Shown: positions 24,782 to 32,859 of the stretch, in pieces
How positions within the stretch are numbered: position 1 is the first letter of the stretch
How the letters are laid out: each line of letters starts with the position of its first letter
NCBI RefSeq assembly: GCF_000002075.1
Contig: NW_004797391.1
Coordinates: forward strand, 729,159 to 793,158
Direction: 5' to 3'
Length of the DNA stretch: 64,000 nt
Source of the DNA: Aplysia californica
Lineage: Eukaryota
Program-made: the position numbers and the translations under genes
The notes under the pieces: model-generated
Database searches by the model: none
Told to the model about the DNA's origin: nothing
What the model saw: only the letters and a program-made list of their open reading frames with translations

Positions 24782-27700
24782 CCCACACCCCTTCAGGTGG
24801 ACAACAAGGGGCGTAACTTCCTGCACACGGCCATCACCAAGGCGGACATCGAGAGCGTGTTGTTTTTGCTGAGTGTGCACGCCAATGTGAACTCGCGCTC
24901 TCAGGACAGCCAGAACCTGACGCCGCTACACTTGGCTGTGCTGGCCAGCTCTGAGATCATCGTGCGGAACCTGGTGAGAGAGAAGTTCCTAGGCTGTATT
25001 GTTGTGACCCAAATTTGAGTTTTTAGAAAAGTGTATTTGGGTTTAAGTTGCTTGGCATTGAAGAGCTTGATCTCCTGCCTAGGATTACTTTATTGGTAGA
25101 GTCTTGTTTGTGGGGTAGCACATGCAATACATGATTGGCAGTCATGTTTTTTCAAGGATGCAGTGTACCATATGTAGGGTGGAGAATAGGACTCAGAACC
25201 CCCACCATTGCTTGGGTTCTTTCTCTTCAAGCCTGAGCTCAAGTAGATTTCCTTGAAAATTAAGTGCAAGTGGAGATTGTATGTACAGGGGTATGTCACA
25301 AATTCAAGAAAGATGCTGTCAATTATCTATGGCTAATAATGTAGGTGTCGCTTCTGGTAGTGACCATCTTACCCTAGCATACTATACCAAACTATTACCA
25401 CACCACACCACACCACACATCACACTGTTGCATAAGCTACTATCCACGGTTTCAGTCAGAGGCATACCTCAGTAAGACTAGTGTAGTGTGTATTGTTTGA
25501 AATTTAGATAATCTCTCTCCCCGCCCCCCTCCCAAGATCTATGAAGCGCGTAATGTTCAACTTTGATTGCGTCCCCCCCTCCCCCACCCCCAGCTTCTGG
25601 CTGGAGCATTAGTCAACGAGCGCACCAAGACATGTGAGACAGCTCTCCACCTGGCTGCCGCCAAAGACTGCAGCACTATCTGCTCCATCCTCCTGGACAA
25701 CAGCGTAGACTTTGACGCTGTGGATGAAAATCTCAATAATGGTCAGTGGAATGAACAAAAAAAATTCTTGATGTGGTGGAGGGGGAATCTTACTAATGTT
25801 TGTATCTTTGTGTCTAAGAAAGTTTGTACCGTGCAGCAGGAGGAAGGACATGGACTTATTCATCAGCCAGCTGTCCAGATGTGCTAAGCCCTATTATTTT
25901 ATTTTTAAAATGTTTTTCTCAAATTGCAGTTTCTTAAGCTTGTGCTCAAGCAAATAGTATGTTGAATGTCAAATTCTAAAAAGTTGAAAAAAGCCGGAAA
26001 TGATGCATAATGTAATTGTTAACTCATTCAATCGCAGGAGTTTTTCCCTTAATTTTACCCAGAAAACGGTCATTTTTGCACTTATGTAAGGGCCCACCAG
26101 TAACAATAATTATCATCCAGTTGCTTTGAAATTTGGAACAAAGTACAACTTAAGATGGATCTTTACTTTAGACATACCAAATTTGAAGCATGCAGCTTTA
26201 GTAGTTTTGCTTTGGGGTTTTGTACAAATTTGGCATTTTGGGGGGCTTATTATTTTTTTTCATGGCAAGCCTACATTGATATTCGAATATTATGCTTGTG
26301 AGTATCTAGATCTGTGTATTGTATGTAATGTATAATGAAGTCTGTTGAATACTTTCATGAATAAAATAATGTATGTGTGAGAAAGGCAGAGAGAATCGAT
26401 TACGACACATGCTCAGCTGATTAGTGTGAACAAACATGCTGAAAGTTTCTTCCTGAAAAGCGCGATTTCTTCGTGTGTAATGACAGTAGAAACAAAATTC
26501 CAGCTCCCCTCTAGGCTGAATTTGCCGGGGAAATAATAAATTGACCTTATATAAAACTTGAGACCATTTTCCGAAATGAAATAACTAGTATACAGAACAA
26601 AACTATAGAACCGAATTATCTTACTCGTGGGATTGAACGCAGGCCACGAGCTTACCAAGATATCTCGGTCACGGGATTGAGTGTCCTGTTCTCTGTGATG
26701 AATACTCTTACCAGAGTCTGTGGTGTAACATGTAACGGTTAGGCTCTTCTCCATGGCACACAACAGACACAAGTCACATTTCTATTGGTCAGAGTGGTTT
26801 CCTGGAGTATCTACACCTTTCAGCTGGGATGCTGTTTCTCAGGTGCTATCAATATGTGCATAGACCATATACAGTCATTTGTACAAAATGTTATGTTTTT
26901 TATGTTTTGTAGAGAATTATGAAATCCTGTCCCAGTTGTAATTTTTCTGCTAAAAGTAAATATATTAAACCCTTTAAATAGCCCTGAAATGTTGTAAAAG
27001 GTGATTGGAGGTAGGTCCTTCTTTTTACTATCTCTCTTTTGTTTCTGTCCTCGTCTGCCTTGTCTTTATTTTTCCTCCCCTACTACTAAATGATTGTTAT
27101 TATGCCAATGTATCTTTCTTTATTCAAACAAACTCAAGCTTGCAACATGCTCATGTTAGTGAAACTAAATTTTATGGGAAGGATTAGATTAAACTATGTG
27201 ATTTTTAATAAGTTGATTTTAACCGTCAGTGAGTGGTGATTGTCCTGTCTTTGTATGCACCAACATCTGTGGAGGGTGAAAGGGTGATGTTCTTTGCTGT
27301 TGCATGCTGAAGTTGTGAGTTCAATTACTATGCGGGGAAGTTTATTTTATTGAGTGTCTCAGTATTCCTTTCTATTGGATTGAAGCAGCCTTGCCCACCA
27401 TCCTACCAATGTCTAAATAAGTTTTTATTTGCTCTCTCTTCCTCAGCCTTGCATCGTGCTGTGATCAATGGGAATCTGAACACAGTGAAAGTGTTACTCA
27501 CTGAGTCCACCATTAACGCCGAGGCTGTTAATGCCAAGTGAGTAATTCTCTGCATCATTTGGCTAACGTCCCTTCAAGCAAAGTGATTTTTATACTTTCT
27601 CCCATGATTTGATTATTAAGTGGTTTCTTCCACTTGATTATCAGTGACGATCTGTGTATAGTGTATATTGCAGGTTCAGGCCGAAGGGCTAGAACTCAAA

Positions 27701-30700
27701 TGGCTGCTGGATCGGAAAAGTGAAAGTGAAAAGTATATTGGTACATAATGTTTATCTGTGCATATAATTTCAGGTCAACATTGATGGATAGGTATATTTT
27801 AGGTTTAACTCTTCATTTCTGTGGGGGGTAAACCCACTATGCCGGGCCCTTTCTTTGGTACTAGATCTAGAAATGACAAAAACGTCACTAAAAGGATATA
27901 TAAATAAAAACATTAAGCTATTTTGATAGTTCTTCATCTAATGAATGAACTCCTGGTAAAAGTGACCTGTTTTCGACAATTGCTGATAAGTAATTTGATG
28001 TAGAAGGTGTCGTAAAAGAATGTGCCCGAACCGCTGTCAGTGACTGGCACAGTGTTTCCGACCGGTCGAGTCGCTAGGAGCGGCTTGTCAGAGATAAAGA
28101 GTTAAAATAAAAATGTATGCATATATTTTAGTTGTGTAATAAATATCTACTTGTATACGTCAATAGATTGTGATGCATTGTATGCCTATCTTTCTGAAGT
28201 TTACCAGGTGCAGGCTTGTTTGCTGATAACAAAAAGTCTCATTCAGTCAGGAGATAGTATGAAAGTATGTTGGTCATAAAAATGTTCTTGAGCAAACTTC
28301 TGTAACCTCCGAGACTGGAGTCTGGTTTTGGTTAGCCCCGTAGACTGTCGTGTAAAAGGAGGATTTTGGACTGAATACGTTAACTGTTTTGCCAGGCAAA
28401 TTTAGAAAAATTGCCACAGCCCTGTTATACAGGGTGAGAGAAGAATCTTTTTTTTTATTATCTAGCAATACCACACGCCCCGTGCCGACAGTGCGAAAAA
28501 GCGGTAGACTCGCCCCAGCCAGGGGTAACCCAAGGAACATGCTTATTTATACCATTGTTTTTTGTGTCAGCCTCATGTATCGTACATCAATACACGCGGG
28601 AGAAATTGAAGCATTCACTGAAGAAAAAAGTTTTCCGATATCTTCAACGACAGCCGAGATATTATCGAAGAAAGAGGATTGGTTGGTAGTGAGAGTGAAA
28701 CCCGCCGAATGGCACTGTGATTTTCCAACTCTCTATATTTGGAAGGTGCGGAACCATCATAAATATTAACCAAACGTCCCCAAATTCGGCAACCAATGAG
28801 AAGAAAGGACTTTATTTCTTCCATTTTCTATTTTGTTGCCCTTAAAAACATAAACTCACCAATCTTCAGCTTATTCCATTCATAAATGTGAAAGTTTTGG
28901 GCTTTCAATATTCTGGTGCCGTTTGCCTTTCTTTATTTCTCTAGAGGATTTTCTCCAAAATACCCACAATTTCTGACATGTACACAGCCATAACTTTTTT
29001 AAATTTATGGACCGATTTTGAACAAGTAAACTGCTTTTTATTTCTGGATTATTGATCTTTTTACCTGGGTTGTTTATAGTTTAGTAGTTCACATCTTTAA
29101 AAAAGCTGTGGTATTGCTACAATTTAGCATGTACAGTTTCAAGGGTTTGCTGTCGTCAGTAGAGAGAAATTAACACTTTTTTATACTCAGCTGTGTCAGG
29201 TTACACTATTTGGCAATTAAAATGCTGAAGGAAAGACATTTATGTTTGATCCTCTCCATGACATCTTCACTTTGGCAAATAGCAAGCTAAAGTCATCTTT
29301 TGCCATGTTTGTTTTTCCTGTTTTTAAACATTTTAACATTTTAAGATTTCACTACTAACCCGAGCCAGCCGTACAGTAAACTGTTGTGAACAAAACCAAC
29401 TTGTGTTTCGCACGCTCATATGACCTTATGCAGTTGCGAGCGCCGTAAAACCCTGTACTAAACAAACAAACAAACAATTTTCCTGAGCCAAGATGTATTC
29501 GTGTGTGATTGGTGGGTGCTCTAGTGTGGTTGACTCCTTCTATCCTGTCAAACATCTATCGTCTTTATCTCTCCTCCTTCTTTTTTGTGTTTTTACTCTT
29601 TTGTAACACCTCTAATCTTCGGCTCTTATATGACCTTATTGTGTTGCAAGTGCCGTAAAACTCTTACTTAAAACAAAAACCAGATGTATTCTCAGCTAAT
29701 TGGACTGTCATGTCAGACAGAGATTCAAGTTTCTCGTTGTGCTCTTGTCAGGGGACAGAATCCGCTGCACATATTGGGTCAGTACGGCAAAGACAACGCA
29801 GCAGCCATGTTTGAACTGTTCCGCGACACTATGCCAGAGTACCCCATAGACAGGCCGGACAACGAGGGGAACACAGGTGAGGTCACTCTGCTAGGAGTTT
29901 TACAGTAAAGCAGGGACTTTTTCACTCATAGGAATATCACAATGCGGGTGGTTAGCGGGCGCCACCAGTAGGTCTTACTTCTTTACTTCCCTTCTGTTGT
30001 TTCTGTCTGTCTGTTTTACTTTTTCACTGTGCTAAATTACCATTGTTGTGTGGATGTGCTTCTCTTTAGTCAAACAAGCAAACTCAAAGGAATGTTACTG
30101 TAGAACAGTGATTGTAATGCATGTATTGCTCTGTCCACCCCTCAACATTCTGCCAAGGGCATACCCCCAACTGATACATGGATGATTTTATTACACCCCC
30201 CACCCACCCCAGGCAAACTTCGACTGACATCACTCCCCAACTTGATATTGTTTCATATTTATTGTCCTCAAAACTGCCACCCTCCCATGGGGCATTCTTA
30301 CTTGCACTTCACTTTGATATTGTGATGTATTAATTGCTGCAAAGTCCTCCCCCTGCCCCGCTTTGCTCTACTGATGTAGTGATATATTGCTGGCGGCCGT
30401 GATTTTAGTTTGTTCCATCCGAACAGTGACCCTTCCTAGCCCCCCCCCCCCTCCCTTCCAGCATACCTCTAATCATATTGTGATCTATAGCCTCCAGCCC
30501 TGACTTTGGTTTGTTCCATCCTGCCAGTGATCCTGTTGGCCTACCTGAACGGTAACGGGAACCTATGCCGTGCCCTGGTCCGCGCGGGAGCCTGTTTAGG
30601 CTGTGTCAACAAGCAAGGACTCAGCATCTTCAACGCCCCGGTGGCCACAAAACAGCTGCTTTTCAAGTTATTAGGTGAGCTTTCAGAGGCTGAATTCTGT

Positions 30701-32679
30701 GGCTGTTTGTCTCTGTCTGTCTGTATGTCTGTGTTTTTGACCATCTGCCTGTATGTTCTGTCTGTCTGTAAATATCTGTTAAACTTTGTGCTTGTCTGTC
30801 TGTCTGTTTGACCTTCTGCCTGCTCGTCTATTTGTCTGTCTGTCTGTCTTGTCTTGTTCTCTCTTTTTTCCTTTTTTTGGGGTCAAGATTTAATATGTGT
30901 ACTGGTATTGAATCTTTGTACTTTCAGATATGCACTGCAAAGATATCATATGCGGGGTGAATTTCTCTTTTTTTCAGATATGGTCTGTAGAGATATAATG
31001 ATGTGTTTTGAAGTTCTACCCTTTCAGAGATATGCTCTCTAAAGATGTAACGCTAATACATGTATTGATATCACTACTTTCAGATATGCTCTCTAAAGAA
31101 CCGCCATGGAGCGAGGGAGAGTCTTGTTTAGAATGTTCTGCCAAATTTAATATTAAAACAAGAAAACACCATTGGTGAGTCCTTTTTTTAATGCTTTCCT
31201 GCCTACTTTTTCGATATTGCATACATGTTGTAACATGTAAGTTTAAGGTACTGGTATTTTAAACAGTCTGTGGAAAGTGAATGTCATGTCATTGATATCT
31301 TGCTACCTCAGAAGTTCAAAGTTTTATCTGCTCAATACGTAGTTTTGAGAAATTTGACATAAAAGATTTTGAGTTGCACAATGTGCCATGCTTTTTCAAA
31401 TGCAATTCTTGGAATATCTTGATAAAGACTCTGAATATTCCTATGATTTTGATAGAACAGAGAAAATATTTGGTTTTTGACCTCATGTATAGTAACTCAA
31501 AGCAGCCCAAAATGTCACTGATAGAACTTTGTAATTCTGAGGTAGCAACATATATGTGTTTGCAGTTGGGCACATCGCAGTGTTCGTTAGTATCATGCTA
31601 TGCTTTGATGCAAACGACCCCTGTTCCAATCCTCAAATGGAGGGTTTGAACTTGGGTTGTTTAGAAGTTTTCAATTCTCTTTACTTGTTGTGAGCTTGAG
31701 CTTGTTGACATTCAATGTCTTGTCTGTTAAATAACCTTAAAGCGTTGAAAGGGATGATAAACCCATACAGTACCCCCCGGGGCAGTGCCACTGTCTGTAG
31801 TAGTGTCTTTAGGCCATTCCCAAAGGGGGGACAATTCTCGTTCATGTACAGTAGAATTGTAAATGGGCTGATTCATCATGTCACCTTCTTAACTGTGCCT
31901 GATCTACAACAGAGAACTGCTGCTTTTTCTTTCCTAATCCTCACTATTGTCATTTCTGTGTACTTCTTTTGTATGTTTGTCACACTCTTGTGGTCTGCTA
32001 TTTCCGGGGTGCTTTGATAGTCGAAGCAGACTTTGTGCTGTTGAAGCTAGAGAGGTGAGCAGAGTAAATCTGATTCCCGGTAAAGACTTCTCTGCTGACA
32101 CTCACCCCTTGGCGCTCATATGACCTTATGCAGTTGTGAGCGCCGTAAAACCCTCTACTATTAAAAAAACAAAAAAAACAACAATACAGTTATCTGAATA
32201 AAAAATATCTGCAGTTTTGTGCCAGGGAATTTTTAAAGACTTCATTTACCCTACTCTACTCTGTTCCAGATTTTAAATTACCTTAGTGTTGTTGACAGGG
32301 GAGTTATAGTAATGATAGTTACCTATATGTCTAAGTAGTGCATACCCCTGCTCAAAAGTAAGCTCTATAACTTTATTTATTGAAACAGAGTAGGACATTT
32401 TTTCACGCAAACAAGCAGACTAATGCTTTTATGTGTTATTGTAGACCTGCGATATGGTAATAAAGGGAGGGGGGAGGGGGGGCGGAGAATTACTCTATGT
32501 GTACTTTTACTAATGTTGTATCTTTTTTTTTTTTTCATGGTTTCAGCCGTCACTGTGGACGTTTGCTGTGCTCAAAATGTTCCAGTCGAGATATGCCCAT
32601 TGTGAAGTTCAACCTGAGCAAGCCAGTGCGAGTGTGTGACGTCTGCTTCGATGTTCTCTCTGTCGGGGGTCAGTTTTAA
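98..32679 (+). CDS. ANKFY1: Rabankyrin-5 / ankyrin repeat and FYVE domain-containing protein 1, complete 26-exon CDS
   Basis: Exons joined by hand: 98-107, 2640-2835, 3559-3680, 4562-4697, 7414-7537, 9257-9406, 9680-9845, 10533-10642, 11653-11747, 12097-12229, 13244-13447, 14560-14797, 16290-16477, 17647-17714, 18371-18539, 19165-19283, 20470-20532, 22171-22264, 23251-23451, 24797-24973, 25594-25741, 27447-27537, 29752-29876, 30528-30674, 31084-31174, 32547-32679. All introns GT-AG, phases consistent, total 3498 nt (1165 aa + stop). Starts MADDEVSKLQNHLSLLREEYVKLQ; BTB (YSDLVIQL..AHKFILSARS); many TPLH ankyrin repeats; FYVE (RKHHCRHCGRLLCSKC..PVRVC). Confidence 0.97.
483..523. repeat. (TAGATC)n self-complementary hexamer repeat
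   Basis: gatctagatctagatctagatctagatctag in intron 1; further TCTAGA/AGATCT motifs at about 358-370 and 627-638. Confidence 0.85.
1341..1419. repeat. about 80-nt near-perfect inverted repeat (hairpin)
   Basis: arms tcagccccacactcccatgaaactagtacaac / gttgcactaatttcatgggagttggggactga. Confidence 0.8.
2640..2835 (+). CDS. ANKFY1: ANKFY1 exon 2 (coiled coil)
   Basis: cag|..EVSKLQNHLSLLREEYVKLQ..FDKDQY|gt. Confidence 0.95.
3559..3680 (+). CDS. ANKFY1: ANKFY1 exon 3 (BTB)
   Basis: DLVIQLEGGHDVKAHKFILSARS; ag/gt flanks. Confidence 0.95.
4129..4313 (+). mobile_element. short retroposon family B (about 180 bp)
   Basis: head GTGGATGGTTGGCGGGTGCTCTGG; tail TGACCTAATTGTGTTGCAAGTGCC..AAAAC; TSD CACACATGTTT. 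Confidence 0.88.
4351..4410 (-). mobile_element. 5'-truncated family B tail, inverted
   Basis: reverse complement of cttatatgaccttattgtgttgcaagtgccgtaaaac; flanks tcacat(t/a)gaag are TSD-like. Confidence 0.8.
4562..4697 (+). CDS. ANKFY1: ANKFY1 exon 4 (BTB)
   Basis: IRHDVAFALIRWIYTDE..FKLEELRN. Confidence 0.93.
5232..5311. repeat. 20-bp tandem repeat x4
   Basis: tacaaagtct(g/a)tcaataggc. Confidence 0.9.
5942..6621. mobile_element. piggyBac-like non-autonomous DNA element
   Basis: TIR CTCTTTCC(A/G)GAC; flanks TGAA / TTAA; subterminal palindromic repeats. Confidence 0.65.
7414..7537 (+). CDS. ANKFY1: ANKFY1 exon 5
   Basis: CENGLMSFVNVKNCIKFYQTAEE..ISNHW. Confidence 0.95.
8254..8662 (+). mobile_element. 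short retroposon family A (about 400 bp), full-length
   Basis: 11-bp TSD ATAGGTTCTAT (8243-8253, 8663-8673); similar to copies at 31772, 36324, 59048; tail TATGACCTTATGCAGTTGCGAGCGC..TAAAACC. Confidence 0.9.
8825..9256 (+). repeat. about 45-bp degenerate tandem repeat (about 10 units) ending at the exon 6 acceptor
   Basis: unit about ttaactctcctaaggtaggtatttcaatttcttttgttgtgtttc; extra units at about 7860-7980. Confidence 0.85.
9257..9406 (+). CDS. ANKFY1: ANKFY1 exon 6
   Basis: DQFTREDF..YPLHTAIRTEREDVVFLYLIEFDAQ. Confidence 0.95.
9680..9845 (+). CDS. ANKFY1: ANKFY1 exon 7
   Basis: LSVKVNEVDNKGELALDLAL..KAIQR. Confidence 0.95.
10533..10642 (+). CDS. ANKFY1: ANKFY1 exon 8
   Basis: DEFAAEFLITNGCDVN..ETPLHMV..DPK. 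Confidence 0.95.
10799..10970 (+). mobile_element. short retroposon family B
   Basis: same head and tail as 4129-4313. Confidence 0.85.
11250..11446. repeat. (CTGTCT)n/(CT)n microsatellite running into a 100-N gap
   Basis: direct; gap at 11347-11446. Confidence 0.95.
11653..11747 (+). CDS. ANKFY1: ANKFY1 exon 9
   Basis: VTDTGVIQGMAKVAKLLVDHKADVNVQD. Confidence 0.93.
12097..12229 (+). CDS. ANKFY1: ANKFY1 exon 10
   Basis: TPLHNAVL..GHTVLWLALQRQ. Confidence 0.95.
13244..13447 (+). CDS. ANKFY1: ANKFY1 exon 11
   Basis: AESPVEENG..GNSLLHLAA..ANFK. Confidence 0.95.
14560..14797 (+). CDS. ANKFY1: ANKFY1 exon 12
   Basis: GETPLHYAC..QTPLHLAL..DHK. Confidence 0.95.
16088..16277 (+). mobile_element. 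short retroposon family B abutting the exon 13 acceptor
   Basis: same head and tail; flanks tgttttcacctg / tttcttcaccag. Confidence 0.85.
16290..16477 (+). CDS. ANKFY1: ANKFY1 exon 13
   Basis: QLSKSG..PNFNVKDSRGQTVLALSLW..TLLHQ. Confidence 0.93.
16820..17096 (+). mobile_element. same MITE family, 5'-truncated
   Basis: matches about 21260-21552; ends ..caccacgatgcctcac|ATAT. Confidence 0.75.
17275..17490 (+). mobile_element. degenerate tRNA-derived SINE; related copy about 37915-38140
   Basis: A-box-like TGGTGTAGTGG then a decayed B-box; 37920 copy has AGTTTGATTCCC. Confidence 0.45.
17647..17714 (+). CDS. ANKFY1: ANKFY1 exon 14
   Basis: AIEAQDAPSALFLMDHLADLES. Confidence 0.9.
18371..18539 (+). 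CDS. ANKFY1: ANKFY1 exon 15
   Basis: QTVLQHAISRHLPVVV..GDCPLWQAL..AHTL. Confidence 0.95.
18711..18796. mobile_element. minimal piggyBac-like MITE
   Basis: TTAA|CTCTTT .. AAAGAG|TTTA. Confidence 0.45.
19165..19283 (+). CDS. ANKFY1: ANKFY1 exon 16
   Basis: VKHGCDVNLW..QTLLHRALDQNNE..FLIR. Confidence 0.95.
20105..20410. repeat. about 33-bp degenerate tandem repeat (about 9 units)
   Basis: unit about ggacataagatattcacaatcatttatgatcatt. Confidence 0.85.
20470..20532 (+). CDS. ANKFY1: ANKFY1 exon 17
   Basis: GCDKNCPRRPGPNGEGAEEG. Confidence 0.93.
20983..21602 (+). mobile_element. family B copy split by a nested DNA-transposon MITE
   Basis: TSD CAAGT(G/A)CTCTG (20972-20982, 21603-21613); tail resumes at 21553. 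Confidence 0.85.
21115..21552 (+). mobile_element. about 440-bp MITE with degenerate TIRs and 4-bp ATAT TSD (Sola-like, unconfirmed)
   Basis: TIR GTGTCACAACGTGATGGAATCAGGGGCTCGTCAA vs reverse complement TTGAAGCATCGTGGTGAAATCAGGCGCTTGTCAA; ATAT duplicated within the family B tail. Confidence 0.8.
22171..22264 (+). CDS. ANKFY1: ANKFY1 exon 18
   Basis: DGQTPLHMACAWGLE..ADVNAQ. Confidence 0.95.
22400..22710 (-). mobile_element. degenerate tRNA-derived SINE with simple-repeat tail
   Basis: on -: TAGTCTAGTAG .. AGATCGAATCC head; (ATC/ATT)n tail at about 22325-22390. Confidence 0.5.
23251..23451 (+). CDS. ANKFY1: ANKFY1 exon 19
   Basis: DAEGKTPVHIAI..EPTAAEQ. Confidence 0.95.
23617..24044 (-). 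mobile_element. same MITE family, opposite orientation
   Basis: reverse-complement similarity to 21115-21552 along its length; flanks TTAT / ATAT. Confidence 0.75.
24797..24973 (+). CDS. ANKFY1: ANKFY1 exon 20
   Basis: VDNKGRNFLHTAI..SEIIVRNL. Confidence 0.95.
25594..25741 (+). CDS. ANKFY1: ANKFY1 exon 21
   Basis: LLAGALVNE..TALHLAA..DENLNN. Confidence 0.95.
27447..27537 (+). CDS. ANKFY1: ANKFY1 exon 22
   Basis: ALHRAVINGN..LLTESTINAEAVNA. Confidence 0.95.
27809..28101. mobile_element. piggyBac-like MITE
   Basis: TTAA|CTCTTCATTTCT .. AGAGATAAAGAG|TTAA. Confidence 0.7.
29355..29476 (+). mobile_element. retroposon fragment (family D) with the family A tail and (AAAC)n end
   Basis: different body followed by gctcatatgaccttatgcagttgcgagcgccgtaaaaccc. 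Confidence 0.7.
29501..29681 (+). mobile_element. short retroposon family B
   Basis: TSD AGATGTATTC (29491-29500, 29682-29691). Confidence 0.88.
29752..29876 (+). CDS. ANKFY1: ANKFY1 exon 23
   Basis: GQNPLHILGQYGKDNAAA..MPEYPIDRPDNEGNT. Confidence 0.95.
29943..30087 (+). mobile_element. short retroposon family C (about 145 bp); related copies about 7712-7838, 21999-22150, 27001-27136 and a - fragment about 55690-55720
   Basis: head GCGGGTGGTTAGCGGGCGCCACCAGTAGGTC, then GTCYTACTTCTT, pyrimidine-rich body, AAACAA..AAACTC tail; TSD-like AGGAATRTYAC. Confidence 0.7.
30528..30674 (+). CDS. ANKFY1: ANKFY1 exon 24
   Basis: ILLAYLNGNGNLCRALVRAGA..VATKQLLFKLL. Confidence 0.95.
31084..31174 (+). CDS. 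ANKFY1: ANKFY1 exon 25 (FYVE N-half)
   Basis: MLSKEPPWSEGESCLECSAKFNIKTRKHH. Confidence 0.95.
31772..32183 (+). mobile_element. short retroposon family A, full-length
   Basis: TSD ATACAGT (31765-31771, 32184-32190); A-rich tail. Confidence 0.9.
32547..32679 (+). CDS. ANKFY1: ANKFY1 exon 26 (FYVE C-half, stop)
   Basis: RHCGRLLCSKC..KPVRVCDVCFDVLSVGGQF*. Confidence 0.96.
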
Positions 32680-32727
32680 TGAAAAGATGGGTGGCTAGTG
32701 TAGGCCTACTTGTTGGTCAGTTGTTCT

Positions 32728-32859
32728 AGTTCTAGTGGAGAAGTGGGTCTGTCCCAGAGGAGTTCTAGTGGAGATGTGGGTCTGTCCCAGAGGAGTTCTA
32801 GTGGAGATGTGGGTCTGTCCCAGAGGAGTTCTAGTGGAGATGTGGGTCTGTCCCAGAGG
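32728..32859 (+). repeat. 33-bp tandem repeat x4 in ANKFY1 3' UTR
   Basis: agttctagtggagatgtgggtctgtcccagagg. Confidence 0.92.

Noticed and set aside
26009-26990. Probable DNA-transposon remnants (also about 9905-10400, 28270-29150, 57577-58000)
   Set aside because: TE-like composition or a single TTAA-type end, but no matching second TIR, so boundaries and class cannot be supported
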